Shown piece after piece: positions 38,488 to 52,114 of a stretch of DNA of 64,000 bases. The stretch is from Perkinsus olseni (taxonomy: Eukaryota). Both the position numbers and the translations under genes were made by a program. The stretch's first letter is position 1. Each line of letters opens with the position of its first letter. The notes under the pieces were generated by a model. It did no database searches. It saw nothing but the letters and a program-made list of their open reading frames with translations, and was not told the DNA's origin. The DNA is taken from positions 1 through 64,000 of the forward strand of contig JABANN010000057.1 of the NCBI GenBank assembly GCA_013115125.1. Reading direction: 5' to 3'.

Positions 38488-40209
38488 ATGGCTTCTTCTC
38501 CGCATTTGTCATCTTCGCGAAGGTCGTCGTTTATCAGTCACCAGTTGACACCTAGTGACCTGTCCGTAAAGGCAACGCAGGCTTCAGGCGAGAGCTCGGA
38601 TTTACCTACCGAGGATGGTTTGAAATGCAGCAACGCGGCGAGAGCGGCGGAGGCAGAGGCTACATTTGGCATGCCTACAGCATCTCACAACGGCTTTGGT
38701 CTAGACGATTCTGATTCGGCGTTTGGTGGATACCATGATAGCGTATTTAGCGATCTGAACATGCGGGTGTCAATGAAGAACTCTTTCTTGAACATTGATG
38801 AGCCCAGCGCTGGTGGTCTTGACGATTTGGCAATGCCAGAGCTTATCCGAGGGCAAACAGCACCTGGTATATTTCCCTCGGGCAGGCGCGCCATCGACTC
38901 GCAGTTACCTACTAATAGCTCAGAAGTGCCTTTGATTGGTTTATCGTGGGCTCCGGTGATGCATTCCGTCCCGGAAGAGCCTAGTAGTTGTGACAATATT
39001 CTGGCGTCACACGGTGGTTCTCTCACAGATGCTCACTCTAACTCTGACAGTTGTGAGTCTCACGAGTTAGCTGCCACGATATCAGCAGCCTTGGGATTGG
39101 AGAACAGCAGAGACTCTGACGTTGCTTCTATCTTGGGCGCTGCTGCTGCAGCAAGAGGTGACCAGCCAGGTGAAGACATGGACTCTTTGAGGTTGCAGAA
39201 CCAAATCCTGACTAATGCTCTCTTCTCTATCGCTGCGGCTAGTGAAAGGCAACAGCAACAACAACATGGTGGTGGTTTTCATGCTACTGACGGTACTGGA
39301 GTAGCGGATGGTAGCTCTCTAGCGCCGACTCATTCTCTGTGCCCGAGTAATAATCCTCCGAGGATTATCTCTGTGCCGGCCAGTGGCGGTAAAGACCATG
39401 CTCGGACGAGCGGCTCTGTATCATTACTTCCGCAGATGGGAGTGTCGGTTGGTCCGCCCCCTCCGCCAGAAGAGGGTGACGATGATCCCAACAATACGAC
39501 TGTTATGTTGAGGAATATACCCAACAAGTTCGACACGCGCTCATTAATCGAGCAGGTGCATCTCATGGGGTTTGAGAGTACCTTCGATTTCTTCTATCTA
39601 CCGATCGACTTCAGAAACAAGTGCAACGTTGGCTATGCCTTCTTGAACTTTCGCCAACACTCAAAAGCTCTTGAATTTAAGAGGGCTTTCACGAATTACA
39701 GATTGCCAGCCCAGAACTCTCATAAGATCTGTCAAGTGTGCTGGGCACGCGTGCAGGGTTTTGACAAGAACGTTGAGCATTACAGGAATTCTCCTATTGC
39801 TGAAGAGTATAGGCCGTTGATTGCCGATGCTCAGGGCCGATGGATACCTTTCCCTAAGCCCGACCCCCATGTAGAAGAGATCATCCGTTCCCGTTTAGAA
39901 CAGGAGGAGACGGCAAGAGCATCGGGTGGTAATAAGAAGGGCCATGGTTCAGCATCATCTAAGGGTAAGGAGAGCCATAAGATATTTATCGGCGGCTTGG
40001 GGCGTAGTACTACCAGTAGCGTTCTCCGAGATCACTTCTCAAAGTTCGGTGTGGTCAAGGATGCGTCAGTGGTAATGGATCGGACCTCTGGTAAGAGCAG
40101 AGGCTTTGGTTTTTGCCTCTTCGACCATGACGTCCCCAAGTCTGTTTTTGAGACGTCCCATGAGATTGATGGTGTGCCTGTGGCGGTGAAATATTACTCG
40201 TCTAATTGA
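38488..40209 (+). CDS. Mei2-like RNA-binding protein (Mei2 RRM plus an extra canonical RRM), intronless
   Basis: TTVMLRNIPNKF...FDFFYLPIDFRNKCNVGYAFLNF...ARVQG, then KIFIGGL...KSRGFGFCLF. Confidence 0.92.
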   Translation: MASSPHLSSSRRSSFISHQLTPSDLSVKATQASGESSDLPTEDGLKCSNAARAAEAEATFGMPTASHNGFGLDDSDSAFGGYHDSVFSDLNMRVSMKNSFLNIDEPSAGGLDDLAMPELIRGQTAPGIFPSGRRAIDSQLPTNSSEVPLIGLSWAPVMHSVPEEPSSCDNILASHGGSLTDAHSNSDSCESHELAATISAALGLENSRDSDVASILGAAAAARGDQPGEDMDSLRLQNQILTNALFSIAAASERQQQQQHGGGFHATDGTGVADGSSLAPTHSLCPSNNPPRIISVPASGGKDHARTSGSVSLLPQMGVSVGPPPPPEEGDDDPNNTTVMLRNIPNKFDTRSLIEQVHLMGFESTFDFFYLPIDFRNKCNVGYAFLNFRQHSKALEFKRAFTNYRLPAQNSHKICQVCWARVQGFDKNVEHYRNSPIAEEYRPLIADAQGRWIPFPKPDPHVEEIIRSRLEQEETARASGGNKKGHGSASSKGKESHKIFIGGLGRSTTSSVLRDHFSKFGVVKDASVVMDRTSGKSRGFGFCLFDHDVPKSVFETSHEIDGVPVAVKYYSSN

Positions 40210-40973
40210 AGGCGATTATACTTTTACTGGCGATACTTCCTTTGTCTTGGTCGCCTGACCCTTTCACCATTATGTCCGCTATTATGATGCTCAGAGTCTC
40301 TCTTCTCAACAGACTCTGATGCCCCGTAAGCTGTTGTCTTGGAGTTTGTTATGGTGCTGACCATATGTCGTCATCGCCATCATCAACAGCAATCTTACCG
40401 GTGCTACCCTGCACTCTGTTAATCGTGTACATTTTGATGAAGCAGATTCGGTTCTCTGGCCTACTATTCTGCTTCTATGTCCTTGTCGTTGTCTTCGTCG
40501 TCGTGATGGGGATAGTCGTGGTATCCTGCGTACTGCATTTGTTGTCCGCTATGGCACTTAGGTCTTCGTCGCGGTCCTCCTATATTGTTACTATTGTTGT
40601 TACCGTATACGGCCTCGTCCTTCCCACTCGACTTTCTCGGCTCAGTCGTCACCATCGCCATTATTAGCATCATCACCCAACAATCCTTGGCGAGTTTTCT
40701 GTACAGAGACTGTCAGTAGACATGGGTGCCCGACCGGGGCGTCGATGTCACTGCTGTCACTTCCGCGCAACTGTCCCAGTATTGTGGCTGTACTCTGTGG
40801 GAGTAATGATACCCGATCACTGCCATTGATTCGTATCATCATCATCATAACCATCATCACTATAACACTACCTAACCTTCGAGTCTTGCGTTGTCACCTG
40901 GCTTCACAGGGACCGAGCGGAGCGGCGCGGTGCGCATTGGCTCTTCATCTCTCGTGCAGCCTCTATAATTACC

Positions 40974-43900
40974 ATGTCCATAGCAGCAGGGCTTCGAGAG
41001 ATCGTCGATCGGCTCAACGCCCCTCCTCTACAGATGGGATTCTCATCACTAGTACAGTTCGATGAGCTGCCGCCGTAATAGTGATACCGTTATTGCCTCG
41101 TCTCACTGCGATAAGCCTCGTGAGTAGGTTCAGCCTCCTATCAATAGTCAACAGGATCCTCACGATACTCGATCCTAAGCATAATGTACTATCAGGCGTT
41201 ACTGGCGATGGTAACACTGAGTGGCTCGGTGGTTCCGTTCTCTGCTGGTTTTAGAGTAGTTGTTCCTCGCGTGTGGTTGCGCGGTTCGTGGTTGCAGCTT
41301 TGGCAGCCTGATCAAGTGACGGCTGCGTCCTGATTCAGGTCGACATGGAGAATGAGCGCGTGGAGGCTACCTACCAGCGTATGGTTGAATTCGTCACCAT
41401 CCTTGGTTACCCCAGTGATCACAGCCAGTAGTAGACTCTCGTGGTTGTCGCTTGATGGTGATAGTGTGTCAGGGCCTTCAAAGAGTGCTTTGTTAATGGT
41501 GACAAGAGAGTGCTGCATCCTTTACTATATTGGCTGCTAGTCAACCTACCTGCTCTGAAGGAAAGAGCATACTTAGCGAGGTAACCGTCGTGATAGTGTC
41601 AGTAGTCGTGCCATGGGTTCGCCCTCATCGAATCTGCTGTGGCACAGATTCCTTGTCAATCTTGAAGTTCCTCAAGACTTCATGCAGGACGACAATGTCG
41701 CGGAGATGTACGGAAAGTACAACGAGCTCCAATCAACGTTCAAGGTGAGCACGACTCGCGTCGAAAATACGCCAGAGCATCCCTGAACGGCCTCAGGCCA
41801 CACACTCGGCGCTGCAGCAGCAACGGGAAACGGCTACGATGCCCAACGAGCTGAAGCGGGACATACAGCAGTTGAGTGTGGAGAAGGATCAGTTGATGAT
41901 GAAGATAAGAGGTCTCCGCTCTGTCACTCGAAGAGGTGCGTCATTGCCTTTGCTTCCAGCGTTCAAACAACGGACAGCCGGTGACGCTGATTTTGGCACA
42001 ATTCTTGACGTCACCTCTAAGCTGCGTCATGAGCAAGAGGAAGAGGTGATAGTCTGATAGGTGCACTCCTTCGACTCGCGTGTGTTCCCACCTCAGGCAC
42101 AACTGGCTGATGCGTATAAGCAACAGCGGCGACAGCTGGAGCGAGTAGAGCATCTGCATCAAGCAGCTAGTCAGAGGCTCCAAGCGATGTGCCAGGCGAG
42201 AGCGGACGCTGAGGAGAATCCAGAGAGGATGCTCGAGGCACTAACAGCAGCAGTCTAGCTCTGCGAAGATGTAGAATAGGTCATACGCGCTGAGGTGGAA
42301 AATAATGGTGCCCGACTGGAACAAATGACAGCGGCTCATGACGTGCTATGTCGAGAGCTTGACGCTGCCGAGAAGCAACTGAACGTGCCTAATGTGATAG
42401 TACAATGGCCCCTGCGTGATGCAACTTAGCTTGACCAGATCGATGAGGCAACACTGCTGGATGCGGAAGAGAAGCTGGCTGACCTCCATGAGGAGGTTGA
42501 GTCAATGGAGAGCAACCTCAAGAGCCAGCTGCAAGTACAAATGCCTTCGTAGGGAGAGGTCATCGGGCCGTCTCCTTGCCAGGCGCAGGCTGCACTGGAT
42601 AGTAAAGGGGGAGGACTGCAGGTGGGGTGCTCATGATATGGGGAACTCTGGGGCCTCGCACGCCCTATATAGGTGTACCGGCATCAAGCACAGCTACTAG
42701 CCAAGAAACACGAGGCGTTGTCGAAGAAGGTTGAGGCAATCGAGACAGAGAGAAACTCTGCTGCGTTCGAGTTGGAGCAGCTCGAGGCGGATTACGAGCA
42801 GCGGATGGGGCATCGGTGAGGCGAGGCCCAGTAGGAGGTTGAACGCTAGAGCGGTTGAGGTACCTCCGTCGGGAGGACTTCAAGGATTATGCTGCTACAC
42901 TGAGAGAGAAAACGAAGAAGTTCAAGCTGGCTAAGAGTGAAGTGCAGAGCTTGAGGTCAGAGGGGTCTATCCTCAAGAGGACCGAACAGCTACTGAAGGA
43001 AAGGTGAATCTCGTTGGCAGGGTTATGGTCCGTCATTACTTGGCCGTTGCAGACTGGCGGAAGCTCAGCAGGGTCTGCGGGAAGTCGAGGAGAAGTTCGG
43101 GGTTGTTGGTCATGACGATCTCGAATCACGTCTGATTGAGGTAACCAACGCCGACTCCTCGACGTTGATGATCGAGCAGGCCTCGGAGGCGAAGTCAGCC
43201 GCAGATGCCAAAAAAGGCTCTCAAATGGAGGAGCTGTCCGAGGTGGTGACGAAGATCAACTTTATGCTGCGAGAGAAGAAAAACGAGCTGGCGCCCAGGA
43301 TCAAGGCAGGCACGTTAGCGGCGAGAACGAGGGTAGGCTCACGTGCAGGTACTGAGGGCGAAGAGGGAAGAACTAGTAGAAGCGGAGGGAGTGTATCTCA
43401 CGAAGAGGACAGAGTACTCTGCATGAGCCTTGGCCCGTCCTTTGTGCGACTAATCAGATATGAGGCGGTGGAGGCAGATTTGAACAGGGAAGTGAGGCAA
43501 CGTCGGAGCCTGACGGACAAGTTGCTCAAGGAGACAGAATCCTTGCAGAGCCGAGCAGATGAGATTGAACTCAAGATCATAGCGTAAGTCGTTGCTCAGT
43601 GAGTCTCAGTTCTTTCTCGGCTTGTCTCGGACGCAGGACGGAATCGTTGGTCGAGCGAGGAGAGCGAGAGCGCCAGTGCCTCGACGGTCGAAGTAGATTC
43701 TCCGATGAACACCCGACCCTTAGCGCAGCTTATACGGCCAAAATCCGGGAGCTTGAGAAAGTAGAACCCTCACTACGTCAGGCATCAGCTCGTCAGTGTA
43801 CTCTGTGGCTCTCAGACCTGCCAAACCCTGAAGCTGCAGCACAAGGATGTGTCCAACTCCTTAGATTGGAGAATGCATCAGAAGCAATTATTCGAGCGTT

Positions 43901-44073
43901 TGAATCGTCTCCTCGAGGTCCACCCAGGCACACAAATGTGGGTTGAATGTTGATGGCGAATTCAGGTAAAACTGCGATCGTTGACATCGGTAAGCGCTGA
44001 CGGCGAGGCGAGCCTGGGGCGAGTTGAGCACTTAGCGAAAGGTGTCAACCGACTCGTAATAGAAAGCAACTAG
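40974..44073 (+). CDS. IFT81: Intraflagellar transport protein 81
   Basis: LREIVDRLNAPP...FDEL; GDKRVLHPLLYWLL...LKERAYLARFLVNLEVP; KKNELAPRIKVLR; terminal VNRLVI. Confidence 0.9.
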
Positions 44074-44524
44074 TGCCAACATGCTTGAAAACCATGCCAA
44101 ATTTTCTGACGCCTCCAATCTTTTCTCATGTAACAGCCGATGTGTTGTATTAAGGTAGTATTAAGGCTACACGGCAAGAACACGTTAATGCGGTGCTAAG
44201 GAGTTTTTGGAATTGGTAGAGTTACTGACATATTCTCGGATAGATGACGAAACAATGCAACAGTTGAGGGAGCAAACAGATCACGATAGCGACGGCTGTG
44301 CTACCTTTGATATTACATCAGTTATAACACGAACGAGAGACACGACGACCGTGAGGTAACGAGTATGGCTCGAAGGGTATTGAGAACGCAGCAGCTTGTT
44401 TCACTTGTTTGGCCATGGGGGCGACTGACCGGCGCTCCGAATCACAGGCAAACTCGACAGGGCCCTTGATGAAAGCAACGCTGAATTCAGAACACGGAAT
44501 GGTATAAATGATGAAGTCGGCTCT

Positions 44525-47500
44525 TCAAGTGATGGGATGGGACGGACGTAACCAACACCGATCGCAGCAGCGCGCGGTCTCAGGAGACATGAGCATGCTG
44601 ACTCTGTTCTTGCTACAGCCGTCACACACAGCCTGAATAACGAACGGAGAAATCCCCGCGTTGATGCCACCGATATTATTGGAGCGTCAGACAGCAGGCC
44701 TTCTTACGTTGCCACAGCTGTAGCAATTGTGCCGTGAGAGCAGCCGATGAGCCTCAGATTTCAGCACGGAATTCCACAGGAAGTCCGACCCGCAACACGA
44801 GCAGGATGCACTGGCGGACTGGGGCTTCCACGAGGGTGTTCGAACTCGGTGTTTAGGATCCGTAGTCGCAAGGGCAGCGACTTGCTTTACAGCCTGAAAG
44901 TGCGAACCCTCCGAACGGGTCGCTCGGGCAGGCCACTGCGTATAAGCTCATAGTCCTACGCTGGCAGACACTAAGCGATGTGCTCACTCCTTGAAGGCTT
45001 CACGCACACGTCGATGTACAGTTATTGTCAAAAAGACTACCATGTAATATGACCGGCCGAAATGGTCATGCAGCATCCCTGGCTGCAGTTGAACTTCTTG
45101 CAGGCCCGACCAATCTCTCGGAACATAGGAGCATTGATTGCATCCATCACGACGGTAAATATGAATGACCTTGCCGGGGACTCGGAGCTCACTGGCATGA
45201 TGGAAGGGCTCGACTTGGCTGACGTCGGGAGGGACATCGTGTATGCTCGAGAGACCCTCAACGGCGTCGTCTAACATCAGGGAGGCGAAAGCATTCCATC
45301 GGGTGCCCCATGGTCCTCACCTAAGACTTGCGCTTCAGCACGTGCAGCGGCCCATCTCCATGGCCGACCCACCGCTGCTGTGACCCCCGAGAAGAACGAG
45401 GACACGGTTTCCGACCATGCCCGACTAGTGTTCGACTGCGGACTTAGATCGGGATAATCGACCTCGGCCTGCTGCGCCCCAGCACTGTCCATGCCATCGC
45501 CCTATACCAACACTCGGACCAGCGGGCACGGCGAAACTGACTCACGGTCCTTGTCTCATCACCATCGGCTGTGTGAGCATGGTCGCGGCGTCTCTTCAGC
45601 TGCGCGAGTCTTTTGATGTCCCGCAAGGCCGCGGCATCTTCGGAGAGGTACTGCCTTGTCCGCATGATGCTGGTGGGTTCAGCGAGCCTCTCAATCAGCT
45701 TCCTCGCGTTATGTACTGATGCCCTCGGGACCATGTCGTCCCGATTGACGACGGAGGTCACTCCGAGACGCTCTGCCGCAGCGGCAAGTGTATCATCCAT
45801 ACACGCCGGGGACCCAAATCCAACACATCTGAGACCGAGCCTCGAAGACCAGCAGTGGTGACACCACAGACTCACGTGAGCGTTTCACAGTCAGCCATGA
45901 TGTCCTGGCGTAGTATGACACAGGCAAGCGAGGCTATGCCGGCGCCAAGGGAGTGGCCGGTGAGGGATATCCGAAAACCTTCAGCGTGCAAGCGAGCCAG
46001 GCAGCTGCCAACCTCCTTCACGAGGTGCTGCGCTGCTGCCAGCATCCCTGAACAAGGCGCAATGATGATGTACTGAAGCTGCTGCTCTCGGGATATCACC
46101 CATATGACAGTGCCCCATGGTGCCATCAGATAAGTATAGGGTCCCTTGAAAGGCGTTGAGGTCTGTTATCGAGTCCCCGATGGTCGTCGTTCCGGGAAGG
46201 ATAAGCACAGCCCTCTTCGCAGCACCGGGAGTATCTCTACAAGCCAGATAAAAAGTGTGGCCGAACTCCCTATACCGAGCATAATGGGGTTCCGCCAGGA
46301 CCAGAGTCCATCCCTGAAGAAGAAACCCTGGCGTTGTGAATCGAAGCCATCACGGTGACGACCTGAAGTCTCAGAAGCCTCTGAGCGTCGACTGGGGTGG
46401 ACTCAGCGGGGATGTGAACAGCCAGACTGCACATGAGCTCCACCTCCGCCAGGCTCGCCTTGGAAGGCATCGGCAGGCCTACCACGAGGACATCTATCAA
46501 AGGGGTCACCCCTCCCTCACCCTGATGGCGCGTGGCCTCCAGGCTCGGATCGTTCCCTCGAGCACCGTAGTCCTCTCCCATGAGGTAGTATCTGCCGCCA
46601 ATTCACCTGGACGCAAGGACGCGTTGGGAGATGCCCCACATGGCAGCGGCAACATCAGCTGTGTTGGCTGTCCATCTCGAGCGGATGCCAGCACTGCTGG
46701 TGAGCTTGGAGAGCATACCGATCGCCTCCAGGATGTCGCTGCCGTAGATGCACAGAGGGCCGTAGCGGAAGAGGTAGTACGCTCCCGAAATGTACCTAGA
46801 GGGGCGACGCTGCGACCAGTGCATGGAAAGACAGTCCCCACTTGGCGAAGGCACCCATAGGGAGGACTGACGAGGCAGTCCTAAGGGCTTGGAGGAAATT
46901 ACCACCGATCCTGTACACCATGGCTACACTGCTCTCGGGGGAGGATTTGTAGGCCGATAGCCGGCCGGCAAGGTACCTGACAGCGCCATTCAGCGGCCGA
47001 CCGGAAGCCTGGCGGATGCGTACAGTTGTATTCTCTCTTGTCGAGCCTTGACGCGGTCCAGGAGCAGGTCCTTGGCAGCTTCACTGAGGCAGGCGTAGCA
47101 CAACGTCCCATCGAGCTTATGCAGGCCCTTCCGGACCTCCTCTCTCGTGCCCGGGTCGATGGTCTGAAGGCGACGGAAACAGAGAGCAGCAGCGTCTGAT
47201 ATCTGCTTACATCTCGTCCTAGCTCAGCCTGATGATAGTCATCATCAGCAGCCTCACGCGCCTCCGAACCATCTTCCTGTTGCTGCTGCAGTCGTTGTAC
47301 GTCCTCGAGAGTAGTCCACTCAGCGTCAATCGACAGACCTGACGATGACCACCTGTGGACCGCGACGGCTGCCTTGACTGGTCAACTCACGGTTAGCGCG
47401 CATGACGCTATCTTGGAGATCAGCTGGGGTGAGCGGCACCTCGGTAGCGGCTTCTGCCAAACATGCCTTGCAGAACTGATGACCGCACATGGGGCACACC

Positions 47501-48014
47501 CTTGGCCTAAAAGAACCCTGCAATCATCGTATCGCTTCACCCGCGGGTTGACCTGTTAGTGAAGCTGAACTCGATGGTGCATTTCCAGCAGCTCGGTGGT
47601 GCCTGCGGCCCCTCTCCCGCCACTTTGTCACCCGTGTGGCCTCTCCCGGAGCCCTCTGTTGTGGGAGGTGCAGCTTCAGTCTTCGACCGTCGTAATGATA
47701 GGACACTAGCCAAGGTGGCCACCCATCCGCGGCGCTGCGGTTCAATACCACTCGGCGATTCCACCGCCATCTCCTCGTCCTCCTGCTCTAGGTCAATGAC
47801 GGGAACGCTGTCAGCAGCCCTCTCCATCCTTCCCTCCTGTGGCGGGCCAAAAGCTGAGGGGCTCTCCGATACAGTAGAGTTCCCGATGGGCAATCTGCAT
47901 GGAACGCCGCTGAGGGAACCACTGCAAGCTTCCGTCTCACCTCAGCGCGGACGGCGGTGGCGTGCTTCCTCCCGTATCGGAAGGGTCTCTGGTAGCAGTA
48001 GTGCTCCCCAACAT
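44525..48014 (-). CDS. Class 3 lipase flanked by N- and C-terminal FYVE-like zinc fingers
   Basis: CWKC...CPMCGHQFCKAC; ILPGTTTIGDSITDL, LTGHSLGAG, VVNRDDMVPR, HDHF; C-terminal CSCC...RHNCYSCGNAVCDGCS...CCDRC. Confidence 0.85.
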
Positions 48015-48199
48015 TCCTATCAACCCCCTTGTACTATCGCCTGCTATGAGCCTTAATACCGAGCAGCGGACACTGGCGGGTCCTCGAGAGACAAGGCGCG
48101 CCAAAACGTCTCAACTGCCACAGAGAATGCCTCGACCTTGCTGCGATGGCATCCCTCCCATCATCCTTCATAACTAGAGTTCAACGCGAGTCAACGAGT

Positions 48200-49258
48200 G
48201 TACGACTGTGAAGAATTATGGCATGGCTGCACAAGTGGCATGCAAGCAGCAATGGTACATGGCAGCGTTCAGCTCATCGAGACAGTCAAGAGGGCTCCTC
48301 CCGGCTGGACGGGGGAACTTCCCTTGTCCCTTGTTTCCCACTACGTCGTGCCGCCCAAGCCGCGATGTGCTCCCACGGGTCATCAGGCATTCTCGCCAAG
48401 AGATCCGTAACCATGGACTAAAAAAGGTCATTCGCAGCACGCTCTCTCTCCGTAGAAGGACGTACTTCCATCTCTTGCTGTAAGCGATGCTCCTGTATGT
48501 AGTTGCCTGTCGCTGCCACCACCTGATGTGTCCCAACAGCGCTTCGGGCATCGAAAGATTCGTCGAAAGTGTTCTCATACTCGACCTCCATATCATCGCC
48601 TTCACTTCCGCTTCGCATAGTCACCTACAGGGAGCACTGTCCTCTTGCACGGGGACACCAAGCGCCGTGACAGGTGCTGCTTCCAACCATTGCCTCGCGA
48701 AATATATCGGGGTACGAGCAAAGTCGCAGAACGTAAAAAGAGAAATATCTGACCGGCCATTCGGAAGATCGACGTGACTAACTCCAATCCGATTACGTTG
48801 CTCGCGGCGTGTCACAGCCAATGGCTTCAGGAGACCCTTCCCACTCGGCCACTAACACCTTCACCCAGAATGTGCGTTCTACCTTGGCAACGCCCTTAGC
48901 TGTCGGAGGTATGACCAACATCCCCTCCATCACTGGGGCGAAGATCTCCAGCTTCACGCGTGAAGGGGCATCTTCTATCAAGGCAGTACTAGTAGAACAG
49001 CACGGAACGTATCTTGCGCACAGCGAAGATTACTCCCGGACTCGCGATTTTCTACTACCTGCTCCTCCGTACGGGGACATCTACGTCCGTGATACGTATG
49101 AAAGATCCCTCAGGGGCCGAGACTAGGTCCGAGAATTTCAGACGGGTCTTGACACTTATCGACGATCCGAGAGCTGCCTGTTGCTGCTCAACAGCGGTTG
49201 CGGCCGGCTCCTCGTCTTTCGGCCGCGTTGTTTCGGAGGATTTGCTATCTTTGGTCAT
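48200..49258 (-). CDS. Hypothetical multi-exon protein (3' end uncertain)
   Basis: ATG at 49258; consecutive minus-strand exon-like ORFs separated by short introns. Confidence 0.45.
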
Positions 49259-49484
49259 TGCGGGAAGCAAGTGACGGACTGACGCTAAGTCGAGAACACT
49301 ATTACCGTACGGGGAAGGCAACCAGGGAGTGCGGATCCAAACTGAGCTGAAGTGCCTCCATCCCCTCGTTCTTAGAGGGGGGCCTTCCCTGACAGAATCG
49401 AAGCCTGGAACTGGACTTCCGAGTGACCAACGCGACTGCGCTCATGGACAAGAGACGTTATTTTTACGAATAGTGGGTTAAATG

Positions 49485-52114
49485 TCATCCCTGGCCTTGA
49501 TCGTCCGAGTCACCCCCTTCCAGTGCCGCCAATAGGTCGTCCTCGTCGACAGTAAGGCCCCCTACGAATCCCTCCTCACTGCTGCTGTCCACAGTTGCCT
49601 CCGCAGCTGACACGGCGTCTGCGGCGCTTAGGAGATCGTTGGGCTTGTGCCGAGGGCTCATATCTCCGTCACTATCATGGGGGTCCTTAGCGTACAGTTG
49701 TGGTGCTTGCCAGTGGACTCGCATGGGGGTCGACTCCATCACGCTCAGCTTGAACGGCCCGAACTGAGGAAGAGTCCAAGCTCATCCCATCGCCCTCCGC
49801 CGATTCACCGTCACTTTGGGTCGTTGCCAAGTAGCCAAGGCATGTAAAAGATACCACACATGAACGACTGGGGCACCCATGGCCATCGCCTGCTGGGCCT
49901 TCCTGGTCTCCAGATTGCTCGCTATAAGAACGTCTATCGGCGGGCCTGAGGCACCAGGTCATCGTCCGTCCACAGTAAGGCAGGGGCCTACTAGACGAGC
50001 CAAGGTCTGCCCCTTTGACTGCGATAGAGCCTATATCCGACACGACAGTGGCCCCCAGTCTATGCAACAGCCGTATGACTGGATGCTGGGAAGGATCCCA
50101 ATAGTTGCTAGGCACTAGTCCGGAAAGCGCCACTCGGAGGCCCTAAAGAAGATTCCGTTACGCCTTGAAGGGTTGCACCCTCACCTCCAGCGTCTGCTCC
50201 TGAATGGCCGGTATAATTGGACGAACATCCAACTTATCCGCATTCAGATCGTCGCCAACACTGAGGACAATACTCACAGGAAGGAGCGTATCTTAGGTTG
50301 AAGCTTGTACCTGGTAGCGAGCTGCGCCGCTGCATAGGTCCGGGCATGGATATTCCTGAGCATCTCCGTCACATAATGCAGCTGCTTATCCGACTCCGCC
50401 ATCTCGAGCCACTTCCGATCCCTAAAAACCCCAATGACCTCCCTAAGGGCAAGAACCGTGTATACCGTGGCGGTGCTCCTTCCTCAGGAGGTGTAGGAGC
50501 TGCCGAACTACTGGCGTCAGCTGGATGATGATACTCAGCCAATGGGGCCATCGCCCGCTTGCCAGAGCCCGCCGCGATGATAGCATTCAACTGGCCTGGT
50601 CGACAAGGGATAGGGACGGGATAAACGCGAGAGCCATCGTCACCTTCGAGAGATACCCGGAGCCTCTCCGAGTCCGGGAAGAAAACATACGGCGTCACTT
50701 TGATGAGGCTGTGTTCGTTGTCCTTGGGTTCCCATACATCATCACGGTCATCGACTATTACCGCTAGGCGATGGTTCGACGGGAATATCTTCGACAGGGT
50801 CTGGGAAATCAGCAACGTCACACGAAGAAGAGGAGGAGATTATCACCTTGCATGTGAGAGTAGATTGTGTAACACGGGCGATTAACCGAGGGGGCGCTGA
50901 AAAGAGCAGCACGCTCACTTCTTGTAGCCACCACTACTCGTCTACAGCCAAAATATCGGCAGGTGGGATCCAGCGCCTTCAGTAGTCGTACGGCATACTC
51001 CCGAGTGCCGTGGGTGTATAGGTAAAGCTCATAGAGAGGGAGGATGTCCTCGAGGAAGGTGTAACTGCACAGCAGCAGCCTGGGGCTGGGATGACGAACC
51101 CCACCCTATTACAATCCAGGCCTCAGCTTGAGGTAGCAGCAAGTCGCTGTTTTGGAGCCGCTTCCGATGAAGAACTGGTAGACCTGCCGAGACCCGAGAG
51201 ACTCACCACGGACGCCCGGACGTGCAGCTCCTCACCTTGCCCTCATCGAGCCGTCCGGTGTCCTTATTCGGGGCTAGGTTATAGCAAGTCACATCTGACG
51301 AAGCACCGTGCGAGGAGGCACTAGGCGGCAGCACACCACCGACCAGGGAACAAGAGATCCACCCTCTTATTGGTAACGTGAAGGATGGTATGGTCGATGT
51401 CAAGAACAGCTACGAGCCTTCTGGAGGCCGCTAATGTACGTATAGTAGAAGATTCTAGGGAGGCAGCGAGAGCCTGATGAGAGTGGCACAGGAGATAGGA
51501 ACGAGACAGAGCAGCACTTGTAATCCTACAGCAGACACTCTGATACCGTCATCGGCGCTGAGGAACTCCGTCGCATAGTAGCCGCCCCTCTGGAGAGCCC
51601 CACGGCGCTCTGACAGCAGGAGCAGTCTACGAGGATTCGACGCCTGGAGTTACTACCCTCATCACTCTCAACAGAGTCCTCACCGACGTCCAGGCAATCG
51701 CCTTCGTCGGAGAGGTCATCCTCGTCCATCGACAGGGGGTCATCCTTCCACGCGTTGACCCCTGACCCTGCGCTGTGGGCTGGCACTGATGAGCCTCCCT
51801 CTCCTAGCTTGGCTCTGTCGACGATAGCACAGCAATTGGCACACATCCCTTGCCAGACGAGATCGTGAGGGCACTGAAGAGTGACAGCTGCTGCCCACAA
51901 ACGCTCTCAATATGACCATCACTACCTCCTCCGGCTCCACCCTTATCGCCTGCCGCTTCGAAGGCGAACTTCCTTCCAGTTTGTCCATCACGCCCATACC
52001 AACTTTCCGCTTACTCCCCCCGTCTTTCGATGGCAATGGCGGCGGCATAATGCCTTCCCCACCATCGTCCTTAGCTGGCATACTACTGGATGATAAAGAT
52101 GAGGAGGAGGACAT
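49485..52114 (-). CDS. FCP1: RNA polymerase II CTD phosphatase, FCP1-like
   Basis: CPH...GMCANC; LVAVLDIDHTILH (DxDxT motif); YLKLRPG; YTHGTREYA; VIVDDRDDVW; BRCT-like ALSGLVP...LGATV. Confidence 0.9.

Noticed and set aside
40365-41065. Hydrophobic ORFs downstream of the Mei2-like gene
   Set aside because: Produced by gtc/atc trinucleotide-rich low complexity; more likely UTR.
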